64,000 nt of DNA from the human T2T-CHM13v2.0 reference genome, Homo sapiens (GCF_009914755.1 NC_060928.1), one strand, 5' to 3'. Positions 31,365 through 45,129 are shown, counted from the stretch's first letter. Translations and numbers: made by a program. Notes: generated by a model from the sequence alone, not told the origin.

Positions 31365-32739
31365 CTACACTACAAGGCTACCGTAACCAAAACAGACACA
31401 TAGAATGGAAGAGAATAGAGAGCCCAGAAATAATACGGTACACCTAAAACCACCTGATCTTTGACAAAGTCAACAGAAACAAGCAAAGGGGAAAAGAACC
31501 CCTTTTTAATAAATACTGTTGGGATAACTTGCTAGCTATATGCAGAAGATTGAAACAACCCTTTCCTTATATCACATACAAAAATCAACTCAAGATGGAC
31601 TAAATATTTAACATAAAACCCAAAACTGTAAAAAACCCTGGAAGATAACCTAGGAAATACCATTCTGGACATGGCCCTGACAAAAATTTCGTGATAGAGA
31701 TGCCAAAAGCAATTGCAACGAAAACAAAAATTGACAAATAGGACCTAATCAAACTAAAGAGTTTCTACACAGCAAAAGAAACTATCAAAAGACAACCTAG
31801 AGACTGGGAGAAAATATTCACAAACTATGCATCCAACAAAGTTCTAATATCCAGAATCTATAAGGAGCTTAAACATATTTGCAAGCAAAAAACAACCTCA
31901 TTAAAAAGTGGGGAAAGAATATGAACAGACATTTTTTAAAAGGAGACATATACATGGCCAAGAAACATATGAAAAAAATGCCCAACATCACTTATCATTA
32001 GAGAAACTCAAATCAAACCCACAATGAGATACCGTCTCACATCAGTCAGAATGGTTATTACTATTAATAAAAAGTCAGAAAATAACGGATGCTGGTGAGG
32101 TTGTGGAGAAAAGGGAATGCTTATACACTGCTGATGGGAATGTAAATTATTTCAGCCATTGCAGAAAGCAGTTTGGCAATTTATCAATGAACTGAAAACA
32201 GAGTTACTATTTGACCCAGCAATCCCATTATTGAGTATATACCCAAAGGAATATATATCATTCTACCATAAAGACATATGCACATGTATGTTCATCACAG
32301 CACTGTTCACAATAGCAAAGACACGGAATCAACCTAAATGCCCATCAACGGTAGACTGGATAAAGAAAACGTGTCACATACACACCATGGAATATGATGC
32401 AGCCATAAAAAGAACAAAATCACGTCCTTTGCAGCAACATAGGCGAAGCTGGAGACCAGTGTCCTAGGCAAACTAACATAGGAACAAAAAACCAAATACC
32501 ACACGTTCTCACTTATAAGTGGAAGCTAAACATTTCGTACCTATGGACACAAAGAAGGAAACAACAGACACTGGGACCTACTGCGGGTGGAGGGTGGGAG
32601 GAGGGTGAGAATCAAAAAACTCCCTCTCAGGTGCTATACTTAATACCTGAATGATGAAATAAACTGAACAACAAAGCCCCATGACTCAAAACTTACCTAT
32701 ATAACAAACCTGCACATGTACCCCTGAACCTAAAATAAA
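31365..32739 (+). mobile_element. 5'-truncated L1PA16-like LINE-1
   Basis: ORF2 C-terminal fragment (FDPAIPLLSIYPKE); 3' UTR gagggtgggaggagggtgaga...acatgtacccctgaacctaaaataaa. Confidence 0.9.
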
Positions 32740-32914
32740 TGTAGTTTTCTCTCAAGATTGTAGATTTATTTAGTTGCAGCTGGTTTGTTAAAATGAAAAT
32801 ATAAAATAAAGGTAAATCTCTAACATACAATTTAGCCTTTCTTTGAAATCAATCTTAATAAAAGTTAAAAATCCTTAATGTATTTTGTGGTAAGAAAATG
32901 CAATGGATCAGAAT

Positions 32915-33080
32915 AAATTTTGGTTCAGAAACCTTGTCTTACTTTCTGGTTAATCTTTGCGTCTCAATTATTTTGTGAGAGTAGGCAACTTGCATATCCT
33001 TTTTAAGCTTTATGTTGTTCATTTGTAAAATGAAAGGGCCTGGAGTAGGGGCCATATTATGTCCTTCTCATGTTTTAAAG
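32915..33080 (+). mobile_element. MIR3-like fragment
   Basis: 'ttcatttgtaaaatgaaagggcctggagtag...gtccttct'. Confidence 0.45.
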
Positions 33081-33099
33081 TTATTGTAAAATAACAGTG

Positions 33100-33325
33100 A
33101 TAATAACAACAATAATAGTAGTTATAATTTCTGGAGCACTTATTCTGTGTCAGACACTAAGAATTTGCATGTAGGCAGTAATTTAAGGCTCACATTGTCT
33201 CTAGGAAATGAGTAATATTATTATCTCTATCACACATCTGGAAACTGAGTAATAACGAAGTCCAAGGTTACATATTTATTAACTACTGAACCAAAAAATA
33301 GTAGTTGATAAAAGCCAAAATTTGA
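33100..33325 (-). mobile_element. MIR
   Basis: 'gagcacttattctgtgtcagacac...ggaaactgag...ccaaggttaca'. Confidence 0.65.
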
Positions 33326-34169
33326 AAAATTCCTTCTAATTTTAGCAATCCTTATAAACCTAACACCTGAAAAAGGCATGAATATAATCACATTCATAAC
33401 AAGTGTATATATTTTTCTCAAATACATGTGCACCTGTAAGTAATATATATACTACAATTTAATGAGATTTTTGAGCATGTCAGCAATGAATATTTTTATA
33501 ATATCCAAAATAAGATTTATATTTTTGAGTGCTATATTTTACTTGTTATTTCTAATGCCAGGTAGAACTTCAAAAACATTGGCTAATGATCATAAACAAA
33601 GTCATGGTTATTGTCCTTACCTTCAATTACTTATGTGATTTTTTAAAAAGTCCTGACCTTTGAACTAAGCTATGAAAAATTTTAAGTATTTTTAAGAAAA
33701 TAAGTAAGACTTTGTCAGTGACTTCATGTTTCATATAAGAAAGCACCATGAATTTCAGACTCCTAGAGTAATATTTAATTCTGTAGAAAAGTAAGTGGTA
33801 ATTTAGTAAAAAATTTATTATTGATCCATGTATGCTAATGGTCTCATCATCAAAAAAAAAACTCTGAGCTTTGCCAGAATGTCCAGTTTTCCACCATATT
33901 TTAGAATGGTTCTAGTAGGGTAAGACTTTTATCACAAATTTACACAATTATTTTAATATCTATAAAGAATAATAAGAATAGTTCACGAAACTCTTTAAAA
34001 ATAGCAATTTAAAAAATCATATGCAAACCAAACTAACAAAAATCCAGTAAAAAAAGATTTCAAAATTACATGCTCACATTCTTTAGACTGAAGGTTATAG
34101 AGACCTTAATTTATGTAAGATTTACTTATATTCTCTGTATTACTAAAATGATATTAAGGATATACTTAC

Positions 34170-34527
34170 TTTTTTTTATTATTATACTTTAAGTTCTAGG
34201 GTACCTGTGCAAAATGTGCAGGTTTGTTACATATGTATACATGTGCTATGTTGGTGTGCTGCACCCATTAACTCATTTACATTAGGTATTTCTCTTAATG
34301 CTATCTCTCCCCCCTCCCCCACCCCACGACAGACTCTTGTGTGTGATGTTCCCCACCCTGTGTCCAAGTGTTCTCATTGTTCAATTCCCACCTATGAGTG
34401 AGAACATGTGGTGTTTGGTTTTCTGTCTTTGCAATAGTTTGCTGAGAATGATGGTTTCTAGCTTCATCCATGTCCCTGCAAAGAACATGAACTCATCCTT
34501 TTTTACGGGTGCATAGTATTCCATGGT
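34170..34527 (-). mobile_element. L1PA4-6-type 3' end (about 360 bp, 5'-truncated)
   Basis: ttattatactttaagttctagggtac...gcacccattaactc...catgtccctgcaaag. Confidence 0.92.
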
Positions 34528-34729
34528 TTACCTTTCTTAGAATGGTTAAAAGACTATTTTCCCAACAACTAACATTTTTTTTTAAATTCTACACTTTAAA
34601 ACATTTACATTTATTCAATTGGCCTTATGCATTTGAATTTCTAAACAAAATTTGCAATGAGCAATTAACATTTATAATTAGTATTTAGAATAATTAGATA
34701 TATTAATATTAAATCTTGAAACACATCTA

Positions 34730-35062
34730 TGTATAGATAAGCAAGCTCTTTGAAGATAGGGATTTGCTTTCTATCTTGCTGTATTTTCATAGGCTATAAA
34801 TCCCTGTTCAATAATAAATGAATGAATCTCATCCCTAACTGTACTAAACACAATTTCTCTGCTAATTAAATTGTTCTATTCCAAAATAAAATGAACATGT
34901 ATGAAGAGACATATCTGCTTATATTACACCAATATCCGTACTTATTTTCTGTATCTGTTCCTGTTTCTATACCTACTGACTCTTCAATAGGACACAATTT
35001 GTTTTGATGATTTTTGTATCCTCAATGGCAATAAATATCTATTAAAAATAAATGAATTAATC
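34730..35062 (+). mobile_element. Two L2 3'-end fragments
   Basis: 'gcaagctctttgaagatagggat...aaatgaatgaat' and '...caataaatatctattaaaaataaatgaat'. Confidence 0.5.
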
Positions 35063-35952
35063 CAGAGGACATTACTTGATTCCCTATCTGTATTAAAGAA
35101 TATACTTCCTAGTCAAACTTTTTCAGTCCTCCAGAAAATAATCTAAGAGAACCCAAAGATCTACTTATCTTTGTTCTATGATTTGCCATGATAAATTTAA
35201 TAACCCATTGTTTTGCTAGCGGCTTATTTCCTTTTCTTAAAATTTACATACTTTTTAAGGGAGCACCATTAGTGTAAAATGTCTTTCCTCTTTTATCTGC
35301 TTCACTTGCCTATGCTGTATCTTTGGTGGAATGATTTTGTGATTTGGTATTTTTAAAAAGAGAAAATTTAGTGTGTAGTGTCTTCCTTTCTTCTCTTTTG
35401 GTAGCTCACAACTCTCCTTTTCTTTGATACCCCTTCATGTCTTAAAAATTTCAGCCATATACACTGCTGCTGTAGCAGAGATATCTGTTCTAATGTTAAG
35501 TTCTAATGTAACACTGGCTATGAGAAGGTGAGAAATCTGTCTCACCTTCTGGGATGCAGTTTTTGGAAACCAATCTGCTCTGATATAAGCCACCTTCTAC
35601 AACATCAGCTTGTTCCCCAACAAATGTACTCTTTTGTTTCTACCATGTCTTGTAGTTTCATCTAATTTCTCAATTAGTTTGGCACTTGGACAAGAGATGA
35701 AAACAATAATAAAGGTGACAATAATTTTTGTAAGACGTATGTGACAATCACTGTTCTAAGCACAGTGGATAAATACACGTCCATATATATATATTCAAAT
35801 GGCTTACTCATCACTGTTATTAGTAGATCTTATTACTTGTTTTAAGGCCTTGCAGTTAGTCCATAACAAAGATGTTACCAATCCAAGCAGTCTTCTCCAA
35901 ACTTCACACATATCACATATTAGAACCTTTTTAAAATCTTCAATTCATAGAT

Positions 35953-35995
35953 ATTAAAAGCAATGGCAAAAAAACACAATTTTGCACCAACCTAA
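35953..35995. mobile_element. Half MADE1 (Hsmar1 MITE) arm
   Basis: attaaaagcaatggcaaaaaaacacaattttgcaccaacctaa is one MADE1 TIR arm. Confidence 0.85.
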
Positions 35996-36409
35996 TGATA
36001 TCAATGGCAAAAAAAGAAAAACAAACTTTCATTGTGAAACAACTCAACTTTGATCTTATTTATCTCACAAAACTTAAAGCAATGTCTGAATTCAATAAAA
36101 CTGATTTAATTTTTTGTATTTGTCAAAAATTTTACATATGCTTTCTATTTTTGTTGAATTTCTGATTTTTGACATGTATCAATTTCTTAAGTATAATTGA
36201 TGAATATATATTCGTACAAATAATTATACTTTCAATACATATTTTCCTGAATTTATTTTCCATGAATTCATAGTGCCTACCAATAACAAGATTTCCTTAA
36301 GTGTTGAATTAATTGCAGGAAATAAAGAATTTAATTAATAAATGAATTTATAATAAATTGAGTCTAAATGAATGGGTTAAATTACCAATGTCTTAAGAAG
36401 AACAACTAA

Positions 36410-36688
36410 GGCTGGGCGCAGTGGCTCCTGCCTGTAATCCCAGCAATTTGGAAGGCCAAGGCGGGCAGATCACCTGAGGTCAGGGGTTCAAGACCAGCTT
36501 GACCAACATGAAGAAACCCCATCTCTACTAAAAAAAATACAAAATTAGGTGGCTCATGCCTGTAGTCCTAACTACTTGCTTGAACCCGGGAGGCAGAGGT
36601 TGCAGTGAGCCGAGATCCAACCATTGCATTCCAGCCTGAGCAATGAGAGGGAAACTCCATCTTAAAAAATAAATAAAACAAAATAAAA
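36410..36688 (+). mobile_element. AluSp-like element with two short internal deletions
   Basis: gaccaacatgaagaaacccc and ccattgc diagnostics; perfect 15-bp TSD aagaagaacaactaa (36395-409, 36689-703). Confidence 0.95.
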
Positions 36689-38446
36689 AAGAAGAACAAC
36701 TAAAGTAAATGGATTTTTAAAGTTTCACACATTATGTATATACCGATACACATTAATGGGGAAAACATACATTCTACAAAATAAAATTGGAAAGGAACAA
36801 AGCAAATGAAGAATAATCCTAATGATAATAATAAATAGAGAAACTAAAATTGTACGTTTCGTATAGCAGCTATAGATGGGTTTTATGGAAATGGTATACA
36901 GAGAAGAATTAAAATTATTTACTGTCTATAAATTATAAAGCTAATTTATAAAACAATATTCAATTCTGCAGCAGGCAGAATATCTGCATCTTGGAAATGG
37001 TAAACGAAGAGTAACCAGTGCTGACAAATTTTAAATTAATATTTATAATTTGCTTTTAGTACTACCGATTTTAAGAATTCATTCAAATTCTTCCTATTCT
37101 CAATTCATTCCATTAAGTTTTTTTAATATCCATAAACCTTCATTATTTATAAGGGCTTTAATTTCTTTTTATCCTGAAAAGGTGGAGATTGTCATATTGT
37201 AACACTGAATTGAGAGAGTGACAGCTCCTAGAACCTTTTGCATGATGACACAGAAGCCTGCCCTCAAAGTGCCACATAATATAAAGACAATGTTCTGTCT
37301 GACTTGTCAGTGCTTATATGATCATAGACAGGCTCACATTGACTGTTCTTTATATCCTGTTGATATTTCATAATATCTAAATTTTGTATTCTAGATATTT
37401 TATATTAGTTTATACTGTAAATATAAGTTATAAAATTAGATGTTTTAGATTTTCAATATGCATAGATGCAAGAATAAAATGAGATAGTAAAAAGAGCCAA
37501 ATATAACTTCAGATTCTCCTGTCCCATTTTGGAAATGCGTATCATGTTACTTTTGAACTGCAATAAGTTTGCCAAAAAAGATATACCCAGTACACATGTT
37601 TAAGTCCAGACAACATTTCCAGTTTTATTATCATTTCTCACCCTACAATAGCATAGTCAGTGGGAACATTAAATATAAACTGTGGGAGAAAGGAATTTTT
37701 GCAGTTGTGTTTGCAACTTTCTGGCTACAGTTTCTATTCCATAAAACACTCCTGTAAATATAGAAAGCAATTATTATGAAATTTAAAATGTGCACACTTT
37801 TCCTATTCTTTTGTGTCTGGATTTTATAACCTTTCATAAATAACCAATTAAAACTTTATATAGACAACAGGATGAAAAATATATTTACAGCTGTAACTTA
37901 AGTTAAAATTTATATATTCTAAGTAAATCTCTCCTAAAAAGACAATGCCTTGATCTTATTGAATTATATGGATTCAGATGTAGACTTTGAGTAGCAGCGA
38001 AGGCTGTGTGGGAAATCTTTCCACTAATAAACAAAAGACTGAAAGCTCAGTAAACTACATATTTTTTTTCTCTAAGGTGAGGTTTTAATAGATACTTTTC
38101 AGTATATTGACTTTCTGATTATAATGCTTTTAGTTCAAAGTGTTAACATGATGGAGTCAAAGGAAGAGGAAGGTAAAAATAAAATCCCAGCAAACCAAAA
38201 CACCTAAGTTCTATAGATCGAGAGCTTCTATTTAATTTGGTTGTTTTGTTTTTGCTTCTGAAGGATGCAAATCATTCTCCAAATGACAATGTTCTCTTTT
38301 GATTGTTTTTTTTGTTTTTGTTTTCTATCAGTACAGCGTATTTTAATCCAGCTGTTCATGTCTTCCAGTGGGACAAACAATAACCTACAATTAAATGCAG
38401 GTGCTTTGAGAAAAGAATACCCTCCTTCTTCCTAATGGCTTGAGGT

Positions 38447-38448
38447 AA

Positions 38449-38483
<35 letters not shown>

Positions 38484-38520
38484 AAAAAATAAAAGCAGAG
38501 AGAGAAAGAGAGAGACAGAT
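38447..38520. repeat. Poly-A / GA-rich low-complexity tract
   Basis: Long A run followed by AG repeats; a second GA-rich tract lies at about 38700-38800. Confidence 0.85.
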
Positions 38521-39080
38521 GTGAAACCTGAATGTACTGTCTGCTTAGTGAAGCATGCGATCTTGCCATGGGCATGAAACAAAGGTCTGCTTCCTACAAA
38601 GGATGTGATTACCCTTTTGGAAAACAGACCTTATTAATTGGTTTTATAAGGAGAAAAGTAAACAATAGTCCTGGGAAAGCATAGTGAGAACAAGAGCAAG
38701 TGGGAGAGAGACAGAAAAGAAGAAGGGAAGGCAGTAAAAAGAGTAAAAATGAGGAAAGTGGGAAGGAGGAAAGGGAAGAAAAGACGATAAAGAAAGGCAC
38801 ACTAGCATGTGTATTATTGGGCCAAAATATTTTAACCCCTTAATTTAAAAATAATCAACATTGCTCTTATATCACCTAAACAAAGAAAGAAATTTTATCT
38901 TATATAATGTTTTATAGAGAGTAAAATTATTACATACCAATTACTGTATATTGTAATAAAATATTCCAATTGTTTGTATTTCATTTTTTATGCATCTATA
39001 CACAAGCAGTAGATGAATATGGCATAGTCACAGTTACAGAACCAGGTATAAACATTAAACACAATTTTATAAATACCCAA

Positions 39081-39445
39081 TGATATGATTTGGCTCTGTG
39101 TCCCCACCCAATCGCTTCTCAATTGTAATCCTCATGTGTCAAGGGAGGGACCTGGTAGGAGGTGATTGGATCATGGGGACAGGTTTTCCCATGTTGTTCT
39201 TGTGATAGTGAATGAGTTCTTATGAGAACTGATGGTTTAAAATTGTAGCACCACTTCCTTCTCTCTCTCTCTCTCTCCTGCTGCCATGCGACACATACCT
39301 TGCTTTCCCTTCACCTTCCACCATGATTGTAATTTCCTGAAACCTCTCCAGTCATGCGGAACTGTGAGTCCGTTATACCTCTTTTCTTTATAATTTACCC
39401 AGTCTCAGGTATTTCTTTACAGCAGTGTGAAAACGGACAAATACA
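39081..39445 (+). mobile_element. THE1D-like MaLR solo LTR
   Basis: tgatatgatttggctctgtgtccccaccca...gtgtgaaaacggacaaataca; perfect 5-bp TSD cccaa. Confidence 0.93.
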
Positions 39446-40243
39446 CCCAAGTAGATAACATTACATACTCTTAAAACATCAGCTTTAAAAAAAATCAACA
39501 TAAACTACATTTTTAGTTTCCTCAAAAAGCTTTATTTAGAATAATCATCAAGTTTTATAAAATTAACTTCACAATAAAACATATCACTATTAATATGCTT
39601 TTGATGAAAAACAGTCATGTATAACATATAAAGAAAATTTAACATCATAAAATATTGTGGCTTTCCTTGCTCAATTTAACTTTATTATTGCCTTAACCTA
39701 GACAGAATTAAAGGGGATGCCTTTACTTATTAATAAGTAAATCTGCCTGTATGTTAATGGGTGCCAGATTTCAAAAGAGCATTCTAGATATATAAAGTTT
39801 TTGAATAGCTCTTAAAACTAGAGAAACAATTTGTTGTAATCAATACTGTGGTGAAAGTCAACTTTTAGAGGCTAACATCTCACATTTCCCCCACCCCTCT
39901 TTTTATTTCACTCATTAATTCTGGGTCTTTTTAAGTATGATCTCTGATATTTTGTCTGTTTTAAACCATAGAAGATCTCTCTTTTTATTTGTTAGGTATA
40001 GAACAATGTACTTAAATTTCAAATAAGTTTCCTTTTGATAAAAACTATCCTGCTACAGGGTCACAAAATATGAAAACCACTGTTTTTAATACATCTCAGA
40101 TTAATTTTGACAAGTAATGTGGTGATACAATGAAATTTAATTTTTCCCCAAAACTAAAAGAATAGAAGATCCCATCTCCTCTTACTGAATAATCCTTCCT
40201 TAAACCCATATATTATGGTCTATTTCTAGACTGTATTCTATTT

Positions 40244-40583
40244 CAAGGGTTCACAACCCCTGGGCCATGGACTAGTACTGCTCCATTGTCTGTTAGGAAT
40301 TTGGTCGCGCAGTAGGAGGTGAGCAGCAAGAGAGTGAGCATTACCACCTGAGCTCCACTTCCGGTCAGATCAACAGCAGCATTTTATTCTCATAGGACTG
40401 TGAACCCTATTGTGAACTGCACATGTGAGGGATATAGGTTGTGCACTCCTTATGAGAATCAAAGGCCTGGTGATCTGAGGTGGAACAGTTTCATCCCAAA
40501 ACCAACCTCCCTATTCCTCCACTGGTGGAAAAATTGTCTTCCATGAAACCAGTCCCTGCTGCCAAGAAGGTTGGGGATGGCTG
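40244..40583 (+). mobile_element. MER1B (hAT-Charlie MITE), full length
   Basis: caagggttcacaacccctgggccatggac...aggttggggatggctg, 340 bp; degenerate 8-bp TSD ttctattt/ttctaatc. Confidence 0.92.
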
Positions 40584-41439
40584 TTCTAATCTATTAATTT
40601 ATTTGTTTGTTTTTTGAAATATTGTACATAATCTATATTATTAGAGTTTTAACATTTGGTAGGCAAAGGTCCACATTATTAGACATTTCACAAATTGTCA
40701 TGCATATGCCTGACTTCTTTTTCTTCAAAATAAATTAAAAATTACACAATCAGATTCCAAAGAGATTCCATTATTTTAATTTAAAACAAATTATATGTTA
40801 CTCTATTTTACTTTCTATTACGAGAATGATTTCTCCCTCTAATTACCAATGTTTCTTTAACTTTTACAGTACTATTCTGTATTTTTTTTTGAAATGTGGA
40901 GGTAGAATGTAGTGACAGTTAAAATTTAGAAATTGAAATCAAGGTATTATAAGTTCAGATATCAGTTTGCTACTTAAACTTGTGACCTTAAAAAAAATTC
41001 AAACGAATCTTAAATATTGCTGTATTCAAATACTGAAATATATTAGATTTTTATAGTTATAAATGATTCAAATTAATATTTACCCCTATATAATTTATAC
41101 ATAGAAAGGAATGCATGTTAATATAAATTCAGAAATGAATACATTGGTTTTAGGAAAAAATAGATAATTCTTCTGATAAGATTACATTTAGGGTCTAGTA
41201 TTATCAGGGTCTGGTAATACAATAACAGAGCTCAGGAAGAAGATAAAATAAAAGGAAGGTAAGGACAAGAGAGGATAAAGTTGTTAATCAGGAAAGTCTG
41301 ATATAGTCCACTGCACTACTCATATTATCTTTGTACCTTCTTTATTGCAATCTGTAATATTGTAAGAGGGGATACATGTGTGCAAGCTTAATGCTCTTAG
41401 TTTTCTCTGAGAGGGAAAGTACAATCAGTCACGATGTTT

Positions 41440-42125
41440 TCTTCAGGGTGGTGGCTTTAAGTAACAATCCTTGCTGCTGCAACTGCTCTTGTAGCTGAAA
41501 TTCATTTTCATTATCTTCATTCTCCACTACTTATTCTGGATGTCTCTTACCACTGGGCATAACGTTGGTCAGTCAGCATTGCTTACATTGTAAAGGAACT
41601 CTCATATCTATGCTTGATGGATCTAAGTCCTTAGTTGCTTTGGTCGCAATTATTTACTGGTATCTTTGGACAAATGTGCATCCAGTGGTTCCCAATGAAT
41701 CTCCTAATTTCTAGGCATTTTTCCTAGAGTTCCAACTGTAAAGAAGAATTACAGTTTCTCATGATAATCTGGAGCTGTTACAACTGCCAGTAAACTAATT
41801 CCTCCCTTTGTTCACTGATCCACAGCCTGAAGAGCATAGAGTGACTAGTGGGTAGTGGCAGCTTCACATTCAATAGGATACTGTGTTTTCTGGCAGAAAT
41901 AACTCCTCCCTGCTCCTCATGAGTTAGGACCTTTAATCAAATTTTTCAGGATGGAATGAATAATTTATTACTATGCATGTGGATTATTGGGAATAGTGGT
42001 GGAAGGGATCAATTGTACTTTCACCTTTGCTTTCCAATTTCACATCTTATAGCTTTGGGGTAGCTATTCCACTAAACAGTAGAATGTTGCTTTAATTCAT
42101 TGAATTGAAGATGACATTTTATATT
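41440..42125 (-). mobile_element. Ancient ERVL internal region (dUTPase relic and 3' end)
   Basis: Minus strand at about 41880-41750 reads ILLNVKLPLPTSH.../VDQ*TKGGISLLAVVTAPDYHEK, similar to ERVL dUTPase PLNWKLRLPPGH...KGVTVLAGVIDPDY. Confidence 0.7.
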
Positions 42126-42135
42126 AGATGCTTAT

Positions 42136-44381
42136 TGATATGGTTTGGCTTTGCGTTTCAGGCCAGATCTCATCCTGAATTGTAATCCCATAATCTCCCC
42201 ATGTTGTGGGAGGGACCTGGTAGGTGGTAATTGAATCATGGGGTTGGTTTTCCCCATGCTGTTCTCATGATAGTGGGTGAGTTCTCACAAGATCTGATGG
42301 TTTTATAAGCATCTGGCAGTTGTCCTGCTGACTGTCATTCTCTCTCCTGCTGCCCTGTGAAGAGGTGTCTTCCCCATGATTGTAAGTGTCCTGAGGCCTC
42401 CCCAATGATGCAGAAATGGGAGTCAATTAAACCTCTTTTCTTCATAAAATAACCAGTCTTGGGTATTTTTTCAAAACAGTGTGAGAATGGACTAATAGAG
42501 TAAATTGGGAACAGAAGTGGGGTTCTGCTATAAAGGTACCCAAAAATGTGGAAGTGACTTTGGAACTTGGTAACAGAGGTTGGAATAGTTTGCAAAGCTC
42601 AGAAGAAGACAGGAAGATGTGGGCAAGTTTGGAACTTCCTAGAGACTTGTTGAATGGCTTTGACCAAAATGCCAATAGTGATATGAACAGTAAAGTCCAG
42701 GCTGAGGTAGTCTCAGACGGAGATGAGGAACTTGTTGGGAAATGGAGTGAAGGTTACTCTTACTATGCAAAGAGACAGTTGGCATTTTGCCCCTGCCTTA
42801 GAGATCTGTGGAACTTTGAACTTGAGAGAGATGATTTAAGGTACCTGGCAGAAGAAATTTCTAAGTGGGAAAGAATTCAAGAGGAAGCAGAACATAAAAG
42901 TTTGAAAAATTTGCAACCTGATGATGCAGTAGAAAAGAAAAGCCCATTTTCTGGAGACAAATTCAAGCTGGTTGCAGAAATCTGCATAAGTAATATGGAG
43001 CCAAATGCTAATCGCCAAGACAATGGAGAAAATGTCTCCAGGACATGTCAAGAGTCTTCATGGCAGCTGCTCCTATTTCAGGCCCAGACGACTAGGGGGA
43101 AAAATGGTTTCATGGGCTGAGTCCACGGCCCCCCTGCTGTGTTGCAGCCTTGGACTCGGTGCCCTGTGTCCCAGCTGCTCCAGTCATGGCTAAAAGGAGC
43201 CAACATATGGCTCAGGCCATTGCTTCAGAGAAAGCAAGCCCCAGATCTTGGCAGCTTCCACTTGGTTTTGGGCCTGTGGTTATGCAGAAGAGAAGAATTG
43301 GGGTTTGAGAACCTCTGCCTAAATTTCAGAGGATGTATGGAGATGCCTGGATGTCCAGGCAGAAGTCAAGCCCTCACGGAAAACCTCTCCTAGGGAAGAA
43401 CAGAAAGGAAATGTAGGGTTGGAGCCCCCCACAATGTTCCCACTGGGGCACTGCCTAGTGAAGCTGTGAGAAGAGGTCCAGTGACCTTCAGATCCCAGAA
43501 TGGATGATCCACCGACAGCTTGCACCATGCACCTGGAAAAGCTGCAGACACTCAACACCAGCTGTGAAAGCAGCCAGGAGGGGGTCTGTACACTGCAAAG
43601 CCACAGGATAGAGCTGCCCAAGGCCATGAAAGCCCACCTCTTGCATTAGCATGATCTGGGTGTGAGACATGGAGTCAAAGATCATTTTGGAATTTTAAGG
43701 TTTAATGTTTAATGAGTCTCCTATTGGATTTTAGAGTTTCATAGGGCCTATAGCCCTTTTGTTTAGGCCAATTTCTCCCATTTGGAATGGGTGTATTTAC
43801 CCAATGCCTTTATTCCTATTGTATCTAGGAAGTAACTAACTTGCTTTTGATATTACAGGCTCAAAGGCAGAAGGAACTTACCTTGTCTCAGATGAGACTT
43901 TGGACTTGGACTTTTAGGTTATAACGCTGGAATGAGTAGAGACTTTTGGGGACTGTTGGAAGGGCATAATTGTGTTTTGAAATGTGAGGACATGAGACAG
44001 GGGAGAGGCCAGGGCAGAATAATATGGTATGAACTTTGTGTCCCCACCCAAATCTCATCTTGAAGCGTAATCCCATAATCCCCACATGTTGTGGGAGGAA
44101 CCTGGTAGGAGGTCATTGAATCATGGGTGAAGTTTTTTCCATGCTGTTCTTACGATAATGAGTGAGTTCTCATGAAATCTGATGGTTTTATAAGTGTCTG
44201 GCATTTCCCCTGCTGGCTCTCATTCTCTCTCATGCTGCCCTGTGAAGAGGTGCCTTCTGCCATGAGTGTGTCCTGAGGCCTCTTCAGCCATGTGGAACTG
44301 TGAGTCAATTAAACTTCTTTTCTTTATAAAATACCCAGTCTCAGGTATTCCTTCATAGCAGCATGAGAATAATCTACTATA
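42136..44381 (+). mobile_element. Complete two-LTR THE1 (C/D-like) MaLR element: 5' LTR 42136-42499, internal 42500-44019, 3' LTR 44020-44381
   Basis: Two homologous LTRs; THE1-int ORF relic (LELGNRGWNSL...LWNFELERDDL); perfect 5-bp TSD cttat at 42131-5 and 44382-6. Confidence 0.95.
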
Positions 44382-45129
44382 CTTATTTTTTCTTATTTTA
44401 CCAAAAAGTAAAATTAAATTATCAATTAAACTATTACAGTGTTCGCATATTAGTTAGAATTTTAAAAATTTATTTTATGCCTATTAAATGAGCTATTTGA
44501 AATTTAGTAGGTTGTACCAATGAAAACATTCACTTCATCTCTCTAGATTCTTAAACAGATTCCTTCCTGGATTTCTACTGGTCTTGTACAATGTCTCCAG
44601 TAAAATATTTTGGAAAAATAATTATGACAATTATAGCTACATGGTGAATTACACATTTCATCATTACAGAGTTACCCTCTGGATACCTTGAATTGTTTTT
44701 ATTTTAAACTATGCTTGTTTTCTGATATTTATAAAATAAAAAATATTTAATGAATAATTGGGTAATTACTATAGCTAATCTGATTTTGAAAGGCTTGAGT
44801 GAAATGTTTGAGCATATTTGAGAAGTAATAAGGGAGAGTAAGGAATGGTTCACTAAATCATGATGCATCATACAGGTACTTTACAACTATTTAAAAAGGC
44901 TTCAACTTTATTTTATAGTTATTTGTTAGGAGAAACATATGTATCTTGCATTCCTCATATTATGTTAGAGCAGATAAAATTTATACAAATATTTTGCCAA
45001 ATTATGGAATAAATAATTGAATAGAATAGAAATTATGGAATATAGTATAGTGCAGGCACAGGAGTTGATCCAAAGTGCATCTAATCCAATGCTTGTCTTT
45101 CCTTCAATGTTCTTCAGCCATTGAAACCA

